A stretch of 42,571 nt of DNA from Hyphochytrium catenoides (Eukaryota; Protista; Hyphochytriomycota): NCBI GenBank assembly GCA_900088475.1, contig FLMG01003965.1, forward strand, positions 1-42,571. The letters are read 5' to 3'. Each line of letters starts with the position of its first letter. Positions within the stretch are counted from its first letter, which is position 1. Positions 37,958-42,571 of this stretch are shown in pieces. The notes below the pieces were generated by a model that did no database searches, was not told the DNA's origin, and saw only the letters and a program-made list of their open reading frames with translations. Position numbers and translations under genes: made by a program.

Positions 37958-38248
37958 GTCACTGAGAGAAAAGAAGATGTGAGAGTACGGAGAAGATCCA
38001 TCCATAGTATGGACGCAGCGCTTTCCAAAGCAGCAGCGACGAAGAATGGTCACACTGAAAGCCACAAGAATGCCAACAGCTCCGATCTTGCGGAAGAAAA
38101 GGAGTCCGTCGGAGGTGGCGGGGTAATAAAGCCCACAGCAGCCCACTGCCCTTGGTTTTCTGAAGGCGTCCAGCAGACAAGCGGTCTCTGCCTCCATACT
38201 ATGGATGGATCTTCTCCCTACTCTCACATCTTCTTTTCTCTCAGTGAC
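37958..38248. repeat. 61-bp near-perfect inverted repeat (arms 37958-38018 and 38188-38248, 2 mismatches, 169-bp spacer): foldback, MITE or hairpin-RNA candidate
   Basis: gtcactgagagaaaagaagatgtgagagtacggagaagatccatccatagtatggacgcag is the reverse complement of ctgcctccatactatggatggatcttctccctactctcacatcttcttttctctcagtgac except at two positions. Confidence 0.95.
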
Positions 38249-39904
38249 TTATCAGAGAAGAAAATAAGAAGAGAAACCTCTCATCATACGGACGAGGACC
38301 TACGACGACTTCTCTTAGACACGTTCGAAAGACGAGGGCGGTGAGCAACAGATCCTGATTTGTGACTAGAAGATAGGGCGCCGAGGATCATCATACGGAT
38401 GAGGTAGGAGTAGCTTCGGTTCAGGCAGGTTCTTCCAAGACTATGAGGGCATTCACCAAACTATCCCCGACCACTGGGACAATAATCTGACTAGTAGTGT
38501 ACAACAACGAGAGATAGAGAGACCTAACTAACGAACGCCACTACTAGTCTTTTACCCTCACAAGCTTGGCACAACCGAGATGGTGTGCGCACACGACGTT
38601 GCCTTTGAATGTGAAACCCAACCAGACGACCGCTTCACCAACAAAACCAGCAGGAAGGTTTGACAAACCACCACTAGTACGGAGAGACGCAGCGCTCTGG
38701 CACTATTATGTTAGACAGAAGAGTAGAGCGAGTGTGGTTAAGAGTCTTCGCCCTACCACCAGCCGTCAGCTTCGACAAGAGGGATATGTAAGGTCTCGTA
38801 GACAGTCTTTTTCCGTTGTTAGTAGGGACAAAATCGATCTAACGGAGCAGAGAGGAGAAGGAGGAGAGAGCTGAGGTGAGGGGATGGAACAACAACTAGA
38901 AATGATATTGAGCAGCCTCCTTCTTCGTAGAAAGAGCTGCACTTATAACCAATCCCTGTCCAGTAGACCGGGGCTCCGGTCCTCGTCGGCGAGGTCCTCA
39001 TTGTAAGGAGTAGTGGAAGTTACTGCTGACGTTGTACTACTTGAAGTCTCTCTCGCACTGCCTCGGCACTAGACCGTGCTGGTCTTCTGCGTTAGACTTT
39101 GCAGATGGCAGTTCTGAATGATGGCGCTCTGAACTTCTCAGGACACAAGGACCGAAGCTCTTGAAAGCCTTTCTTGAAAGCCTTTCTTCCTTCGTGTCTC
39201 TTCTGAGGTCTTTCTCTCTCACTCCCTTCTACTTCTATCTTCTTTGCATGTGTTGCACTCTCATCGTAGTACTTGGACATAGGAATTAGCTCAGTAGGAA
39301 GTTAACAAACTAAGTACTTTAGCTCGTTAGCTCTAGAATAATCACTAGACAAGAGCTTGATGAGCACTTGGCCACTTTGATCGACTAATTCATTCATCAA
39401 CCTCCTACGAAGAACACAAGCCCAACACTACCTCTCAACGAGCACTCAGCTGAGCTCATCGTGAGTTACTTCTGTTCCCCAGCTCTTGATCATAGCGCTA
39501 GCCCAATAGATAAAGCGAGAGCTCGTAGTCCAAGGAGTGTATGGTACTGCTACACAAATTATACAAATGTACCAGTAGTCGCATAATAGTGCAGAAAGAA
39601 TAAGGGACCATAGCTTTTTCCCATTAGCCATCTTCTGTGTTCCTATGGGTTTCTTCCTTTCCAAGAGAATTGCGAGAGAAAAAGGAGAAGACAAGGAATA
39701 GTCTTCTTTTACCACAGGAGGAGAAAGACAGTGGAGGTGATAAGCCTTGATACTCTACATCATCCTATCACTCTGGAGCGATGAGTAAGAGAGGAATTCA
39801 AGATGTCCGACCTCTCTCTTTCCATCTGTCTATACTTATTTCTTTTCTTTCTCCCTTCCTGTCTTTCTCCTTCTTATCAGTGCTATCCTATCTCCCGTTT
39901 TGAT

Positions 39905-40160
39905 GAGGACGATGCATCGCCTTTGCGCTCCCAACAAGATGGAAAAAAAAAACGATCTTTGAGAGTAGAGCTCTTTTAGTTCGTCCTGCTTTCACAGACT
40001 ATCTCCCTTGGAGGACGATGCATCTCTCTTGCTTCCCAAGAGGATAAGAGAAAATGAAACATGTTTGGCGGGATGCATCTCTCTTGCGTCCCCAAAAAGA
40101 TGAGATAGTATCTTAAGATCTATGAGGAACAGCTCCTTTTGCTTTGTCTTGCTCTCTCCT
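39905..40160. repeat. Three diverged direct copies of a ~30-bp motif (GATGCATCnCnnTTGCnnCCCAAnAnGAT); copies 1 and 3 share a longer tail
   Basis: gaggacgatgcatcgcctttgcgctcccaacaagat / gaggacgatgcatctctcttgcttcccaagaggat / gggatgcatctctcttgcgtccccaaaaagat. Confidence 0.75.
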
Positions 40161-40519
40161 CTTCCTTTATTTGTATGACAGAGAAACCACGCAATCTTAT
40201 TAGGAGATAATCATATAAACACTAGAAGAAGACAAGAAGAGCGCTGGATAGATGGAGGAAGGCAGAAATAAGAGAAGCAGAATATTGAGATTGTATGAAG
40301 AGTTGTGTGTGGGAGAGAGAGAAAATAAAGAGCGAGAAAGAGAGAAATATGCGTCATAATAGAAGAAATAGGGCGGTAAGACGGAATATAAACCCAATGT
40401 ACCCTCTGCATCCCGCCTTTGCCATGAATTCCACCTTCTCTCCCTCGACTGATGGAAGAAGTTCTAATCAAAACCTAGTGACAGCAATAGCAGTTGCTAA
40501 TAGAGAGAATTAGAATAAA

Positions 40520-41420
40520 AGACGACGAAAAGGGGAGAGAGAGAGCATCAAGATGGGTACAGGGGACGATGTTCGCAAGAATGTCTAGAGTGAAGCAGAC
40601 CGGCAAGTAGAGTGAGGACTAAAGCTGAATTATCGGAATAGAAGTGACAAGCATGTAGTCCCGAGGCAGAAGGGTTTAATAACGAAGAGACAATTATCTA
40701 AAGAAAGGCAAGAAGTGGGGGGCAGTTGTTAATAATAGGGTGAAATATCGATAAAGACGAAGAGCAATGGTCGAAAGAAGGCAACAGAAAGATTTGTGCT
40801 TAGGACGGAGTTTGTTACGAATAAGCAGAGTAAGGAGGAGCAGGGAAGTAGGAGTAGGGGACACATTGAACTGCGGTTGTTTAACGCATGTAAAACAGTG
40901 TAAACAAGTCAAGCGGACGGAAAGTGCGAGGGGACTTACAAAAAAAGTTGAGGAGAGCTAGTGGGAGAGCAGTGATAACAGGGGAAACAGAGGTAAAGAT
41001 GAAGAGCAAGGGAAGGAGAGGGCACCAAGAAGATTTGTGTAGATGATGGAGTTGGCGAGAAGGGGCAGACGAATGAGGAAGAGGAGGTGGAATGATTGGA
41101 GATGGGGAAGTAGAGGTAGGAGGGTGAGGTTTAGTGGGCACTTTTAAGTTACAGAAGAGTACGGGAGAGTAGTTGCGAACAAAAGGAGCATTTTAAAGGT
41201 ATTGAAAGATAATGAGGACGGCAGTTCGTGCCAGGGAGGGAAAAAGAGCACCACAAACAATTGTCCGGAGGATGGAAATCGTGAAAAGGGGGAGAGAAGT
41301 GAAAAGGAGGGAATAGGGGATTAGGGGTAGTAGGTAGGTGGGGATGAAATGAGTAAGGGTGAGAAGCATTAGGCCACCAGCAAAAGTACCGGGCAAACCG
41401 GAAGATATAAGGCAGCATCA
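40520..41420 (-). mobile_element. Probable decayed Penelope-like (Athena/Coprina-type, telomere-associated) retroelement fragment, 5' end toward the telomere
   Basis: The minus strand is strongly C/T-rich and carries frameshifted motifs in Penelope-RT order: PKHK (40804-40793), FRPL (40776-40765), IINNCPPLLAFL (40736-), DYMLVTSIP (40660-40634, cf. DxxSLYTxIP), LDILANIV. Confidence 0.35.
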
Positions 41421-41429
41421 GGGCTGGCC

Positions 41430-41790
41430 GGCTGGCAAGGGCAACGGGTTAGGGTTGAAGAATTAACCACAGGACAGCTACTTAGAAAAGGGGCAGCGGG
41501 TAAGAGAAAGGGCATCGTAGAAGGGAGAGAGCAGCGCGTAAAAAGAACAGCGGGATAGGGAGTTGGTTAGCAAGAGAGCTAAAGAGAGGGTAGTTAGCAT
41601 GTTAGAGCGTTTTTTTGGGGGGGCAAGGGCAGCTGATTAGGGCTGAGGAGTTAAGCACGGGCCAGGTACTTACAAAACGGCAGGGGGTAAGAAAGGGCAT
41701 CGGGAAAGAAAAACAGCAGCACGTGACACGAAGGCAGCGGGATAGGGAGTTGGTTAGCAAGCGAGTTAGAGAGAGGGTAGTTAGCGTGAA
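41430..41790. repeat. Diverged ~190-bp tandem duplication in the telomere-proximal G-rich zone
   Basis: e.g. 'cagcgggataggggagttggttagcaagagagctaaagagagggtagttagc' (~41548) vs 'cagcgggatagggagttggttagcaagcgagttagagagagggtagttagc' (~41735). Confidence 0.8.
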
Positions 41791-41899
41791 AGCGGGTCTG
41801 GGTGGGTTAGTGAGCGGGTTAAGGAACGGGTAGAAATGGGTTAGGAGAAGGGCAACGGAGGTTAGAGAAAGGGCAGCGAAACGGGGCACAGCATCAAGA

Positions 41900-42571
41900 A
41901 AAGGAGCTTATTAGGGTTAGGGATCGAAAGTAGAATAAAGAAGGTAAGCTTAGGTTTAGGGTTAGAGAAAAAAGCAGCAGATAAAAAGTTTGAATAGCGG
42001 GTTATGTAGCGGGTAAGAAGGGCAGCGGGGTTATTGTAGCGGGTTAGGTCAGCGGGTTAGTGCAGCGTGTTATGGTTAGTGCAGAGTGTTAGGGCAGCGT
42101 GTTATGGTTAGTGCAGCGGGTTAGTGCAGCGGGTTAGGGTTGCGTGTTATGGTTAGGGCAGCGGGATAGGGCAGCGTGTTACGGTTAGGGCAGCGGGTTA
42201 GGGCAGCGTGTTATGGATAGTGCAGCCGGTTAAGGCAGCGTGTTATGGTTAGGTCAGCGGTTAGGGCAGCGTACTAGGGGAGCGTGCTAGGGCAGCGTGT
42301 TATGGTTAGGGCAGCGTGTTATGTTTAGGGGCAGCATCGGTTAGGGCAGCGGGTAAGGGCAGCGTGTTATGGTTAGGGCAGCGTGTTACGGTTAGGGGGG
42401 AAGTGTTAGGGCAGTGTGTTAGGGATAGGTCAGCGGGTTAGGGGAGGGTTGTGAAGGCAGCGAGTCAGAGCAGGGTTAGGGCAACGTGTTAGGGCAGGCG
42501 GTTATGGTTAGGGCAGCGTGTTACGGTTAGGGGGGAGTGTTAGGGCAGTGTGTTAGGGATAGGTGAGCGGG
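41900..42571 (+). repeat. Telomere-associated variant satellite built on TTAGGG (main units TTAGGGCAGCGGG and TTAGGGCAGCGTGTTATGG), G-rich strand running toward the window end
   Basis: Dense ttaggg/ttagtg/ttatgg plus gcagcg units. A ~70-bp higher-order block is repeated at ~42367 and ~42501. There is no long pure (TTAGGG)n tract inside the window. Confidence 0.88.

Noticed and set aside
39905-42571. CRISPR-like repeat/spacer array
   Set aside because: The context is eukaryotic, the repeats are degenerate tandem or satellite units without unique constant-length spacers, and there are no cas genes.
1-42571. Alternative genetic code, tRNA or rRNA genes
   Set aside because: All recognised genes translate cleanly in the standard code once introns are removed. 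I saw no tRNA or rRNA signatures by eye, though small ncRNAs cannot be excluded without a covariance search.

Overview
This is a eukaryotic, intron-rich window ending at what looks like a right chromosome end. A stramenopile-type microalga or protist is my inference from recalled TSR1 motifs and is not verified. Positions 35-~18000 hold one giant multi-exon minus-strand gene for an uncharacterised protein made of tandem Ig-like (ASH/PapD-type) modules; it runs off the window. Next come four housekeeping genes: an intronless GPKOW/Spp2 (-), TSR1 (-), TRIT1/MOD5 tRNA dimethylallyltransferase (+) and a TPC1/SLC25A19-like mitochondrial carrier (-). Two heavily decayed non-LTR retrotransposon pieces in opposite orientations flank GPKOW and appear to be the 5' and 3' halves of one element, suggesting twin-primed 5' transduction (a retrogene) or a local inversion. 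The last ~9 kb is subtelomeric. It contains an intronless duplicated-C2H2 ORF with a DUF3505/OrsD-like domain (as in fungal telomere-linked helicases), a near-perfect 61-bp inverted repeat, and a probable decayed Penelope-like RT with its 5' end facing the telomere. It ends in a TTAGGG-containing variant satellite. All domain calls are by eye, without database searches.
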